A stretch of 64,000 nucleotides of DNA from the human T2T-CHM13v2.0 reference genome, Homo sapiens (GCF_009914755.1 NC_060927.1), one strand, 5' to 3'; shown: positions 1-13,638, numbered from the stretch's first letter. Numbers and translations are program-made. Notes: a model not told the origin generated them from the letters alone.

Positions 1-134
1 TTTTAAGAGCCACGGCATGGTTTCCCATGTTCTGTCTTTCCTGCCTCTGGGATGTAGAAGCAAGTACAGAGGAAGCTCCCTTATTGACACATAATGGACA
101 TGTAGCATTAGCAGGATAGGAGTCTTGTTAAGTC

Positions 135-330
135 AGAGGCAGACAAAATTTTCTGTAAAGACCAGATAGTAAACATTTTAGGCTTTGCCTAAATGGAACA
201 AATATGGTCTTTGTCATGTATTCTTCCTTTTTCAACAAGCATTTAAAAATATAAAAACCAGTCTTAACTCACAGGACATATAATAATAGGTCACAACTTG
301 ATTTGTCCCACAGGCTGTATTTTGCCACTG
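135..330. mobile_element. MER58-like hAT-Charlie DNA transposon remnant
   Basis: ttttctgtaaagaccagatagtaaacattttaggctttg start and caggctgtattttgcc end resemble MER58. Confidence 0.65.
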
Positions 331-2041
331 TTTTAGGCTGTATTTTGCCACTGTTTTAAGCTGTTGAGAATTTCAGGTTACTTATTACATGTTACAGTAT
401 TTTGCATATACATTCTAGCCTTCATCACTCTGTAACAGAATTATAAGCTTCATTAAGACAGGGGTTATGTCCTTCATGCTTGCTGTGCTCACTTGTAGGA
501 TGTGTCAGCTAGGAAGGTAATTGCTGAGTGAATAACAGACGTTTTCCCCATAGGACTGTGAGCTCAGGGAGCAGAAACCATGGCTTTTCATCTTATATCT
601 ATCCCAGCAATGCCTGACCTGTGATAACATTTGAAGAGCCTTGGAGCCTTTGATAAACTTTACACTGAATCAGGTTTTTTCTTGTTGTTATCATCAGAGC
701 AGGTGCCAAATATCACTTGAGAAACAGAAATTCACATAGCCTGTTTGTTTGCAAGATGAACATGTGACCTTCTGTGTCATGTACTAAAGTCCATGCCTGA
801 AATCTATTAACTATAATTAAATGAGTTTTGTTTTTTCTTTTCCTTTTTTATTTGAAAGCAGAGGAGGCAAGCGGACATGGAAGGTTTACATTAAAATAAG
901 GGTTTTTGAAAAGGTCAAGAAATCTGGAATGGTGGGTTCAAGGGTAAGTTCAGTTTTACCAAATTCCCTCAAGAGTCATTTTGTAATGTGATGGCACAAT
1001 ATGGACCTTATTTGGCAAGTGACAGTATTTAGGGCAAATGTTGACTGTGTCTCACCCCATGTACCACTGAATCGGGGTCTGTTTCCTTGGATGGTTTCAA
1101 AGGCTGCAAATAAATGGAGAACAAGACCTGAACATGTGTCATGGCACATGCCATCAAAAGATAGTCTTTCAAATGGAAATATATTTAGACTTAAAAATAT
1201 ATAGCATTTGCAAAACCAAGCATAGCAGAATATGTGAGTACTTTCTATTCTGCTTCCTCATCAAAGCAAACTCCTGCCAGCATGCTTACTATAAATAAGT
1301 GCAAACCAACCTCAATCTTAAAACATTTAATTCACCTATATTGAGAAAAATGAGAAGATGAAAATTTTAGTTTTCTGAAAGCTTTTTTTTCTGATCACAT
1401 TTTCAGTACACTTTGTCTCATGCATCTTAAACATCATTTGGCAATTCTGTGTTTCTTTTCTGGAAGTAAATAAACCTTCTAGCGCAAGCAAAGAGAAAAA
1501 TAAAACATAACAAGGCTGCCCCTCTGTGGTGACATGCTTTCACACCCACAGCAGCCAGCCCATTCTCACAGGCTCTACTAATTGCAGCTGCATTCCACTT
1601 CCTAAAATATGGAAATTTTATACACTTACTTTTAAATTAATGCTGCAGGGTTTTAATTTAACCATAATCCCTCTTAAAGATAAGAGACTAATGGACATAT
1701 TTACATTATATCAATAGAGATAGACACTGAAAAATATTTCAGCACTATTATATTTAAAGTATTTTTTAAAGAATGACATCAAATCTCTGTGGATTATCTT
1801 TTCAGTCATAAAATCATTTTATAGTCACTGAAAATAATGGGAGTACATGAATGCCCTAACCACACAATTGCTTTAGTGAAGAGAAACTAGACTAGGCTAG
1901 GATCCCATTCTGAGCTCACTAGCTTCTGTGTCTGAAGGCTGCTAGCCTCACCAGTATGCCACCAACCTGTGCTGCTTCTTTATTTGACACTAGGAAAATA
2001 CTGCTTCACTTAAAGCTAAACGGCCTTAAAATCTGGAAGTA

Positions 2042-2188
2042 GGCCGAGCGCGGTGGCTCACGCCTGTAATCCCAGCACTTTGGGAGGCCGAGGCGGGCGG
2101 ATCATGAGGTCAACAGATCGAGACCATCCTGGCCAACATGGTGAAACCCCGTCTCTCCTAAAATACAAAAATTGGCTGGGTGTTGTGG
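2042..2188 (+). mobile_element. 3'-truncated Alu (AluSc-like; left arm plus a few bases of right arm)
   Basis: Alu 5' consensus with gatcgagaccatcctggccaacatgg; ends abruptly with no tail. Confidence 0.9.
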
Positions 2189-3066
2189 GTTAAAAGGTGA
2201 ATTGACCATATGTTTTTATCTCCTCTAAATCTCAAACCCCCTAAAATGGAAAAAAAAAAAAAAAAAAAAAAAAGCTGGGAGAGGGGATATTCTTTGGAAT
2301 GTTACTAACCCACAGGAACAATGAGAATGGGCTTGGCAACAACAGAGGATGAGATATTCCAATAAATGTGTGGCAGATGGAAAGCAGGTAGAAGATGGTG
2401 TCAGACTCAGCAGAGCAAAAATGCTACCCATGCATCTGAGGAGGAAGGCTTAAGGGAGCCCATTTAACCCTGCAGAGCCCAGGGTGCCATCCAAGGGAGA
2501 AGAGAAGCAGAAAGCTCAATACATAGAATTGAGATCAAGTTCCCAGGTGCCCTCCCACATACACACAGCCAGTAAATCAAGCACCCTCTGCCACTAACAG
2601 AAAATATTCATTTTTCAAAGAAATAAACCAGCAAGGAACCAAGCACGGTAGAATTCGACGAAAATTTATAAACTGAATGTGGTTCCTTGAGCCCCGTTTG
2701 TTGACGCTGCTCAGAATGACAGCAAACAGGCGCACATACCCCCAGGCAAGATACTTGAAGAGTATTCTCTAGAAAAAACAAAGTTTAGATACTGATTTTG
2801 GAGTCTTCAAAGGAAAATTTCCATTTTATTATAATGAAGGGCACCAGATGACAGCCTCAACTGGAACTCGCAGTGCTTCTGACAGCCTTTTTCATGCCTT
2901 CCTCAAAATTATTAGAGACCAGCCCAGGGTCACAAGACAGTTGAGAAAAGCCCCCAGCCAGAAAGACAGATAATACTAAGCAGGAATAAAACATGTATAT
3001 ATGCTACTGTTTAGTTATATATGTTTTATATGTGTGTGTGTATATGTGTGTGTATATGTACATATG

Positions 3067-3098
<32 letters not shown>

Positions 3099-4500
3099 AT
3101 ATGCATATATATATATACCTTCAGAAGATGCAGAAACAATTCAGGATGCTAAAGAAAAAAAAGTCTATATTACCCTGAGAAAGAATAAAAACAGGGTTCC
3201 ATAAAAATAAAACACAAAATAAGACAAAAATTTTTGAAATTAAAATATGATAATATAAATTTAATATTCAATGGAATGGAAAAGAAAGTTGAAGAAATAA
3301 TTATAACAAAGAGACAAACATTAAAAACTAAGATAATTACTTTTTAAATTAGGAGATCATTTTGTACATATGGTATCTAAGACTAAAAAGATTCTAAAAA
3401 TGAAAACAGAGAGAGCAGAGGGGAGAAAAGTAGTGAAGAAATAATGCAGGAAAACTTCCCAGGACTTAAATTTTAAGTCTCCAGATTGAAGAGCACACGT
3501 GGCTACAGACACATTGAATTTTAAAGACCCATCCAAAGCAGTGGATAAAGGGAACATTCTGAAATTTTCCAGAGTGATAAAATACCTCATGTATCAAGAA
3601 ATAGGCCTCAGAAGAACACTGGATTTCCTGACAGCAAAACTAGATACCAGAAGACTAGAGAAATGCCTTTAAAACTTGAGAGAATAAGAACTTTCATCTG
3701 AGAATACATACACCAAGCCAAATACCAGTCCAATAAGAGGGTCCCATAAAAATATTTGTAGCAAGCGAACATCCAAAAAACATAACGCCCAAAGCACTCT
3801 TTATTAGAAAAGTACCAGAAGACTTACTTCAGCAGAGCAGGGAAGTTTACAAAGAAAAAGACACAGAACATAAGAAATGGAGTCTACAATCGGAAGACCA
3901 ACAAACAATAGTTCCATGATAATGGCTGTGCAGCAGGCCTAAAGTGAAACCCAGAGTACACTGCAACAAGCAGCTGCAGGAATGAGGAGTCCAGGAAAAC
4001 AAAAGTGGGAGTACTTATCATGTTTGACCATGTGGAAAATAGTACTGAGAGGGTTTTATAATTCTTCTGGAAGATTTGGAGAAAAGTAAATAATAGGTAC
4101 AAAGAAAACTGGGAACACAAACAAAAAAGAAGGCAATCATTAACTCTGAGAAAAACAAAACTACCTATGAGAAAGGATAGGTAATCAACATCGAACAATA
4201 ATTACACAGCAGCAATAATGTAAACATTGAATATTGACTTAACATAAAATTCTGCTGTAACTGTACTGGCAGGATAGTAGATGGGGAAGAAGAAGAAAGA
4301 AAACTAAATTCTCACCCATTACAATAGAAAATCAAATACCATAAGAAAAAGAATAAAAAGTGGAGACGTGGCCATTTTGTGGGAACAGAACTAAAGTTTC
4401 AAAGGGATGGGGCATAAAACTGTTTTTCTCTATAAGCTTTTTATTTTATAAACTATTTTGATGCGTGATAATGATTAAAGAAAGTAAATATAAGTTTAGA
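2189..4500 (+). mobile_element. Ancient degraded L1M (L1ME-like) fragments
   Basis: A-rich strand with ORF1-like remnants (gaaataatgcaggaaaacttcccaggac, ccagattgaagagcacac); boundaries approximate. Confidence 0.6.
2995..3118. repeat. (TG)n/(TA)n compound microsatellite
   Basis: Directly visible. Confidence 0.95.
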
Positions 4501-4674
4501 AAAAAATAAACCAGGCTACTGCAATAAAAGATTAAGCTTAGTACATTTAAATGTAATGAAAGGAAATGATTACAGCTAATCTTCATAGGAAAATAAAATG
4601 CAGAGTTGGCTATTACTCAGAAAATATGGCCTGAACAGCCATTTAAGGAGGATTAAACATATTTGTTCTGTTGT

Positions 4675-4914
4675 ATATATACATAAATGTGTTATATATA
4701 TATATATATATATACATAACTGTGTTATATATATATACATAACTGTGTTATATATATATACATAACTGTGTTATATATATATACATAACTGTGTTATATA
4801 TATACATAACTGTGTTATATATATACATAACTGTGTTATATATATACATAACTGTGTTATATATATATACATAACTGTGTTATATATATACATAACTGTG
4901 TTATATATATATAC
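4675..4914. repeat. AT-rich minisatellite, about 10 units of 21-23 bp (cataactgtgt + (ta)n)
   Basis: Units start at 4715, 4738, 4761, 4784, 4805, 4826, 4847, 4870, 4891, plus a degenerate unit at 4682. Confidence 0.97.
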
Positions 4915-6194
4915 TATTTGTTATAAAATTAAAACACACAATTTATAATAATCCTTATTAACTTATAAATTGACATTCCAGCAAATAAATAAATTATAAA
5001 AAATTTTCAGGAAATATAAGTTCAATTTATAAAAAGAGAAAACATAAAAAGCCTAAGGTAAACAAAGTTATAATTAATTTCAAATGATTAAGCAAATGTG
5101 TGTCCAAGATAAAGATTCACAGTTATTTTCTCTTTTTTTATTTCACAATGCATTGGCTTCGAAATATTTCCAAGTAGCTTTGTATTGAAGGTTATCTAGA
5201 GTTTCTGTTGTAGGTTGTTTTTTATTTTTCAACAAATATATTAATATGATGTTCTACTTACGAAAATTTGGACAGTAAATCTTATCATCATTCCTGAACA
5301 CATGTTGTTATAGCAAATGTGTACATTTGGAATTGCCTTCATGGGTACTGAAATTCTAAAACCAAGGGACTCAGCTTTAGATGCTGTCATATGTTGTCAT
5401 ATGACATCAATGATGTCTCCACATCAATAACATTGATGGCAGTAGTCTCCAGCACTGAGTTTCTAAGGCAACCCAATGGGAGTAGGGGCAGCAAAAATAT
5501 TAAGACCTCTATTTTTATTTTTAAATGTATTCCTTTATGTTTTATTTCTGTAGATTTTGTTATTTACTACAGAATCTTTGTTCAGTAATATATATGTATA
5601 GAATTTATACATAAGCCTATGTATATTGGCAGTGTATTCTCAAAAAATTTTTATTGCTGGGATGTTACGGTGAAAAACATTTGGAGACTGCTGGTTTAGG
5701 AAGGTGTCTCCCTAATTGTAGTTAGTGAACCATTAAAGTCCATGAGGGTAACACAAGTGTTCATGAGGCAGGCAGGAGAAAGCTAATATGTCATCCTAAG
5801 CTAAAAACTTAATTTTAAGTTATGAGTAAGAATTCAACAACTGGGAGGAGAAAGTAAGCCTTCTCATTTGCGAAATTTTATCCAACATCAGGCCTACCTG
5901 CTACAGATGAAGTAAATTGTGATAAAAACTCTATGTTGAAATATACAAATGGCTAGAGGATTTATAGCCCTCCATATGTACATTTGTCACTCATAAGGCA
6001 CAGACTATGGTAAAATGGTTCAAAACAATGTGCTCATGTGTTGGTCATAAAAGCTTTTGTTGATGAGGCAGTGTTCTACAGTAAGAAAAAACCTGAAAAC
6101 CATTGATTTTGGAATTAAATACTTAAGTATTCTAAGAGTACTTCATTCTCTCATATGGGCAAAATATAGCTCAGTCATTTAGAACTATACTAGT

Positions 6195-6700
6195 CACTGT
6201 CCAACATGGTAGCCACTTATCACATAGGGATGTCTAAATTAAAATTTAGTAAAATTTGGCCGGGCATTGGGGCTCACACCTGCAATCCCAGCACTTTGGG
6301 AGGACGAGGAGGGTGGATCACACAAGGCCAGGAGTTTGAGACCAGCCTGGCCAACATGGTGAAACCCTGTCTCTACTAAAAATACAAAATTAGGTGGGCA
6401 TGGTGGCGGGTGCCCATAATCCCAGCTATTCAGGATGCTGAGGTGCAAGAATCACTTGAAACCCGGGAGGTGGAGGTTGCAGTGAGCTGAGATCGTACCA
6501 CTGCACTCCAGCCTGGGTGACAGAGCAAGACTCTGTCTCGAAGAAAAAAAAATTAATTAAAATTTAAGATGTATTTCCTCAGTCACACTAATCACATTTC
6601 AAGTGCTCAATAGCCACATGTGGCTAGTGGCTACTGTATTGGACAGCATAGACAAAGAACATTCCCATGAGTGCCAAAAGTTCTACTGGACACTACTACT
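6195..6700. mobile_element. MER3/MER33-like DNA transposon interrupted by an Alu
   Basis: ctgtccaacatggtagccac ... caagtgctcaatagccacatgtggctagtggctactgtattggacagc. Confidence 0.8.
6258..6552 (+). mobile_element. AluS
   Basis: Full dimeric Alu with A tail. Confidence 0.95.
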
Positions 6701-6755
6701 CTAGGATAGTATTCAGGAATTCTTCAGTTAAAAGTTTAAAAATCTTTATACTTAC

Positions 6756-6858
6756 TAACGGTTACTTTGTCCTTATCCCCCAACATAATGTTGTTTGGTG
6801 TCAGATCTCTATGGACAATCCTCTTCTCCTTGTGTAAGTATCGAAGAGCTAAGCACAG
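6756..6858 (-). CDS. NEK10: NEK10 exon LCLALRYLHKEKRIVHRDLTPNNIMLGDKDKVTV(T), catalytic loop, 103 nt
   Basis: HRD motif; acceptor gtttcaag, donor A|gtaagt; phase 0-1; preceded by a 135-nt intron. Confidence 0.97.
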
Positions 6859-6993
6859 CTTGAAACAATGAATAGAAAACAAATTTTATTTCCCCCAACA
6901 TACATATAGCCAAAGATGACTACTGCACGTCTTTAAGAAGCCAGCTCAGAACATTACTGTTTTAAGAAAAATTTAATGAAGATAAAAGCATAC

Positions 6994-7115
6994 CTGTATA
7001 AATATTTTCCATAGTCTTTCTTCAGTAAAATGGTGATGTTTTTCCTTCAAAGAACTGAAATGCTCTCCAAGCGGGGCTCCTTCTATCAGCTCCATAACTA
7101 TGTACAACCTATCAT
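6994..7115 (-). CDS. NEK10: NEK10 exon DRLYIVMELIEGAPLGEHFSSLKEKHHHFTEERLWKIFIQ, 122 nt
   Basis: Hinge motif LYIVME; acceptor tatatag, donor CAG|gtatgc; phase 1-0. Confidence 0.96.
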
Positions 7116-8098
7116 CTATATAAATATCACAAAAGGTCACAGAAATTTAAACTCAATACAGGCATCTTGAAAAACTTTACGAATGAGAGTTCAAGCTTCC
7201 CAGTGTCTGTGCGGGACACTAACACTAAAGAATTAGGGATGATGTGCTAAAATATGGATCCACTCAGCCCTGGAAGAGGTGGAGGTGAGGGGGTCTTAGG
7301 GAAACTGGGGCCCAGCCACAGTTATCTTCTGGCTACAGACAACCCCTTAGCATAAGTTTACACTGGCAAATGTATCATTTTCTATGTATGCCAGGATGTG
7401 GAATGATTGAAAGGTGCCACAGAGAACAAGTAAATGATCTCCAGTCATGGAGGATTCCCTGAAGAAACCGTAAGCCCATCCTTCCTCCCAGTAGTCTAAA
7501 ATTTACGCTCAAATCAAGTCAGACATTCAGAAAATTGCATTTTCAACTGTATTGTTTCATAGTCTGATAGATTTACCTTACAGAATTTTACACTGGAATA
7601 ATGCCATGGTCTTGCAATGACACAGTTGAAAATAACACACATGATAGAAATTTCTGTTATGTCTTTCAAAAGCAAAAAAAAAAAAACAAACAAACAAACA
7701 AAAAAAAACAAAACTGGACTTCTCCAGGTTTTATCTTACAGATACAGAGAACTTCATGACTGATTGTGTTTGTCTTTTTGCTTTGGATGCCAAAAAACAA
7801 AGGAGCAAATTCTACTTCCTCCTCTAAAACCAATAGGGTTTATTAACAATGGGATGTGATATGTGTCTTTTGAAACCTTGGGATGTATACAAAATATGTG
7901 TGTAGAAAATGTTGACAAAAATGGAATCATGTTCTGTAATTTATGCTTTTTTTCATTAAGCAGCCTTATATTTCAGTACACACAGATCCATACCATTCTT
8001 TCTGCTGGTTGTATGGTATTGCACAATATGGGTATACCATAATTTATTTAATCATTTTCCTACAGATAGACATTTATATTGTTTCCAATTTTTCATAA

Positions 8099-8844
<746 letters not shown>

Positions 8845-9852
8845 GCCATTTCCAGTTCTTTTTGGAAGCTGTCAGGTAGTAAAAAACGTTTTTGTTTTTT
8901 ATATTAAGACAATTTATATCATTTCAGTACAAGTCTGAAGCCAACCTTGATTTTTTTGAAGGGATATACACTAAATTATAGAAAATTATTTTAATATCAA
9001 GAACAAATGGCTAAGGGGACAGGATTTACTGCATGAGTTTTAGCACTGAGTTTTTCTGAGTCATCTAGGGGAAGGGAGATGGGTAAAATTGTAACAAATG
9101 GCAAAATACACACACAAAAGGTTTTCTTAAATAACAATAGCACTGAAAAAGAGGTAGTCCGGAAGCCCCAGTCATTGCCTTATGTCTCTTTAAATCATTC
9201 TTCAAGTGGAGATTTATTTCGACATTTCATATGTGACACATATCATTAAAGCTTAGCAATACTTGTATTATTTCTGTCATAGGCCCTACTTAAAAAAAAA
9301 AAAAAAAAAAGAGTGGCTGAGTTTAGCTTTATCTGTTTTGGTTCTAGTTCAGCATTCCATCATACCTGCAGAAAGCAAGCCTGGCTGCCAGAATCAGTCT
9401 GGGCTCCATCGCCACCTTTGTGGCATTTACCTGAACTTCAGGTAAAAGAAATCTCAAAGACCTAGCTCTCTCCAACTTATTTTGGGGATGGAAAATGACA
9501 CCTGAGTCAACAAAAACAACTTTCTTTTCTTAAGGAAACCACCATCCATTAGTTTTCTTTTTCCTTGATCCTATTAAGTGATTTTTTTGTATATGAGAAT
9601 AGCAATAACTATTTTGGTTTGTTCATGCGTTTTTCACACAGGCAGCTAAGTATTTTATAACTATCTTCAGGTGACTGACTAGGTCACTGTTTCACTAGTC
9701 AAGAAAGTGATGCTTAAGACCATCTACTGTCATATTAACAAAAAAAGGTCAATAAAATAGTTGATTAGGTTTCTTTTGTGACATTCTGATACAAAAATAT
9801 ATGTGACAAAAATGTTTCCTTATTTAGAAATATCATGAAAACTCATACTTAC

Positions 9853-9898
9853 TTTCCAGAAATGTTTTGTAATAACGTACAATGTTGGGATGATAAAG
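9853..9898 (-). CDS. NEK10: NEK10 exon LYHPNIVRYYKTFLE(N), 46 nt
   Basis: HPNIV kinase motif; acceptor cttatag, donor A|gtaagt; phase 0-1. Confidence 0.96.
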
Positions 9899-10437
9899 CT
9901 ATAAGAAAATAAATAACAAACATGTATTGCACTGCTTCAAAATACAAGTTTTTTCACTGACTACTTAGTTGGACTTCATATTTGAAAACTACAAAGAAAT
10001 TATATTTATTTACAAAACTAAGCATTTCAAGATATCATCGAACTGAGATTGTTGTGATTTTTAAAAACTTGTTGCTTATAAACTGATCTGAAAATAGCAA
10101 TCCTCTATAGCTTTATTAAATAAAATTAAAAACGTTCTATCACCTAACTTTACTATCGAACTTAACCAAGAGAACTATAGAGGTAGAAGGAACCTTAAGA
10201 ATTCCTTTAGCACACCTTGTCACAACCCGACACACAGACTGTATAAAGGAGAAAAGTGAAATGCGGTAACTTCTGTTGACTACAAATATTCATTGTTCTT
10301 TACCTCTCTCTACCATCTAAATATTTATGGAAAGTTTGTGCCTATTTACACTATTTCTGTCTTTCTATGCTCTCCAAAATGATTAGTAGAAAATAACATA
10401 ATCTAAGAGTCGACTCAGTTTAAGTCATAATAACAGT

Positions 10438-10818
10438 TGACAAGGACTTCCTACTTAACCAAGCTTTAGTCAGGCTCCTCTGAGTCCTCTTCGTGACTAG
10501 GCCTCATCCTTGGTCTGTCAGTTTTAGCAACTTATATCCTGCTAAGTCAGTTTATGGAAAAATTTCCCACCCTTGACATCCAATTAAGTTTCTCATCCAC
10601 TCACCCTTGATATCTAACCAAGTTCCTCTTAGTAAACTTCCATCCACTGACCCTCCCTCACCCTGACCATTGGCTCTGAGTCCCCAGCTGTCCAGTCCTC
10701 GAATTCAGAGTTGGGTTCAATCTCTCTCCTCTATTACAATAGTTTGACTTCTATTGCAATAGTATTGAATAAAGTCTTCCTCACCGTTTTTAAAAAATGG
10801 TGCAATTTCTCTTTGATA
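10438..10818 (+). mobile_element. ERV1-class solo LTR (MER65-like; subfamily uncertain)
   Basis: TGA start; ends ctattgcaatagtattgaataaagtcttcc...tttgata with a polyA signal. Confidence 0.6.
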
Positions 10819-11019
10819 TAAGTTAAGAATGTTAGTGGAATTTCTAATTTTTTAATTAAAAAAGATCATTTTCTAGAAGAATGCTAATAATTTTGTAGTT
10901 TTTGCTTATAATTTGAGTTTCTAGATAAAATTTGTCTTAGAACAGTCACCATCACATCAACAAATGGCTTGCTTGCATCTCTTTTTGGTCTTTCTGCACG
11001 TCTTTTTGAAGGGAGATTG

Positions 11020-11475
11020 CTAGCTGTCCACCAAAAACCTGCTGTCCCATTGCAATACAGTTGAAGCTGGACATGGCTTCCCAGTTAGAGAAGATTTCTC
11101 AGCCTCCCTTGAAGCTGGGGGTGAGGCTACCACTCAGTTCTGACCTGTGGAATATGAGAGGAAGCATGTGTGCTTCCTGTGTGAACTCTAAACCTTGGGA
11201 ATAGCCCTCCATGATCCTCCTCATCTCACCTTGGATGTGAGCATGGCTATGGCAGTTTCAACCACACAGATGAAGACAGTGCACTAGAAGGTAACAGCAC
11301 AAGAAGAGAGAAAAAAGCCTGCATCCCCAAATGATCGCATGGAGCAGAGAACACCTTCAACCTGGTTTACTCACTTTGGGATTGTTCCGTGAAAGAGAAA
11401 TAACCCACTGTACTGTGAGTCCTCTTTCTAAGCACCTGCATTTGGGATCCTCTTTGTTAATGCAGGTTAATCTTA
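11020..11475. mobile_element. Old MaLR LTR (MLT1-like)
   Basis: tttctcagcctcccttgaagctgggggtgaggc...ttctgacctgtggaatatgagaggaag motif. Confidence 0.6.
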
Positions 11476-12771
11476 ATGTACTCTCCATTCTAGCCCCATT
11501 TGTTTTGCTTCTGCCTGCCACTACCTCCTCCTTTAAGGACTCAATGTTATCATCCTTTCCATCAGTTTGATCCTCTAGTGAGAGGGCAATTTTGAGTTAC
11601 CTCAAAGCCCAAGCATATGCTTCCTATCTGACCCTAGTTTGACAGTTTCTTTTCTTAGGAAATGTGCTAAAACAAATAATCTACTGCATCAACTAGCAAG
11701 TGGCCAGCAGATCGTAAGCAATATGTGACCAGGTAACCAACCAGAACCATATTCTGGACCTGGCTCACCCACAAGGACTAAAACCAAATTTGGGTCCAGA
11801 TGAAAACACTGGACTGGCTTAGGTCAAAAGCCCTGTTCTAGCCTTGTGCTACAATGAAAGAGCACACTGTGGAAGGCTAGATGACCATACAAACACATGA
11901 ACAAACTACACATGAACAAACTTTTTAAAGTCTAGTCTATTAGTATATAAAATCAACTATAAAATAAACAATTAATGATAATATTTACTATAATGTACAC
12001 ACTGGAGTAGAACTATCGATTTTTATGAACAAAGGTCTCCTTGTTTATGGAATTTGTTACATCCCAACACAGATGCTATGCAAATGTGACCAGTGGAGGA
12101 CAAAAGCAGCAAAGCTGATAGTGCACCACAGGAATTATAAATGAACAGTATTCGTGATGAATGTGCAAATAAGGAAGGCTGAAAAAGAAACCAATGTGTT
12201 CTTGGATCACACAAAGAAATTCCATTTCTCTTTGAAATGTTTATTCTTCCTCCTCAAACAAACTTTCATAATGAGAGTTAATTGAGCTGTTACATTATAT
12301 CAGAGTATTCTGCTCATGCCAATACATAATAACCCAACTTGAAAATCTACATTTTAGATCTAATAAAGTCATATTTGAGGAATGTTAACAGCTTGGTTCC
12401 ATTTGGCAAAAGTCAAGAAACTCTTAGTCATATTTCTATGTATGTAACTAAGTAACCAAATATCCTAAAATATAAGGAGAAAAGAATAGATATGCTCACA
12501 ATGAAAAGAAAAGGATTTCTCATATATGATGCATTCTGTACTGTAAATCCGATTGTTTTGCATCCATGACCCTGATATAAACTCCAGACAGTGTTTTATG
12601 CTTCAATGTCAAGCCTTAGGAAAAAAGCTGGCAAAAATATCACTGCTTCAGTGTCAATTATTTCACATGGAACTAGTTCATAAGCAGCATGGACAAGAGC
12701 ACCACAACTCTACTTTCTTGCAATGACATGTATTTAAGAAAAACATCTTCAGAAACAAGGAAAACATTTAC

Positions 12772-12909
12772 CTGCTCTTTAATTATTGTTAATTCAGAAA
12801 CAATATTCCTTACGCTGCTGTCTCGATCTTTCTTATCCTTTCCAAATGCTGGGTTATGTAAATTGACCTCTTTCATTGCTAAAAGATTTTGACCACTATG
12901 CTTTCTAAC
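12772..12909 (-). CDS. NEK10: NEK10 exon VRKHSGQNLLAMKEV...SELTIIKEQ, beta3 Lys and alphaC Glu, 138 nt
   Basis: AxK motif; acceptor attttag, donor CAG|gtaaat; phase 0-0. Confidence 0.97.
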
Positions 12910-13416
12910 CTAAAATAAAGAAAAACACAACAACAACAAAAGGAACAGGGTAAAGAAGGAGAAGAGAGAAAGAGGAAGAAAGAGATAGACTAACAAAGTC
13001 ACATGAGTAACTAAGTCATATAAATAAGTCACAGAGCATTTAAAGTTCCAGCTGTATTTACATTAAGCTCAGCTCAAAACATCAAAACACTGGTATCCCC
13101 TGGGTCAGTCTGCAATACTTAGTAGCATTTTTTAATTTAGAGATTGCATCATGCATTGGGAGAAACTATTTTGAATACCTTTGTGAGAGATTAATAATGC
13201 CTTTTGTCTTAAAAAGTCAGTGGCCAATTTCTAGAGCTTACAGCTAAAACAATATTAGTGTGGCTATCTCTGTTGGACAAAAACAATCATTCTAATTTTC
13301 ATATCTGTTTGCTATTTTTCAATGACAAGAGTTCTAATTCAATTGAATATCGGTGTGCAAGTGTGACATCCGGTTTGGTTGGGAGTATCAGAAATGTTCC
13401 CCAAGGGGAAAGTCAC

Positions 13417-13545
13417 CTTGTAAACACAGCCAAAAGCTCCACTTCCAAGATGATCCAAAATTGCATAGTTGCCTATATATTTCAAAGGAGCTTTGTTCTG
13501 ATTAATGCTTTCAATATTTTCAGCAATTTGCTTCAGTTCATCCTC
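13417..13545 (-). CDS. NEK10: NEK10 exon EDELKQIAEN...LGSGAFGCVYK, kinase Gly-rich loop, 129 nt
   Basis: GxGxxG motif; acceptor gattag, donor AAG|gtgact; phase 0-0. Confidence 0.97.
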
Positions 13546-13638
13546 CTAATCAAAATATAAAAAGGAAATGGGTTTCTGTGATAAATTACATCCTGACTAC
13601 ATAGCAGCCTGCCAAAATATTGAAAACTCAGGACTTAC

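Noticed and set aside
820-960. Alternative terminal exon (minus-strand AATAAA at 847-852) or plus-strand donor AGG|gtaagt near 944
   Set aside because: Isolated motifs beside an A-rich tract that invites internal priming; no supporting exon structure
4675-4914. CRISPR-like repeat-spacer array
   Set aside because: The spacers are only variable (TA)n, the context is eukaryotic and there are no cas genes
1-6755. Next NEK10 exon (DFG motif)
   Set aside because: I found no TDFGLAK-coding sequence; it must lie beyond the window start
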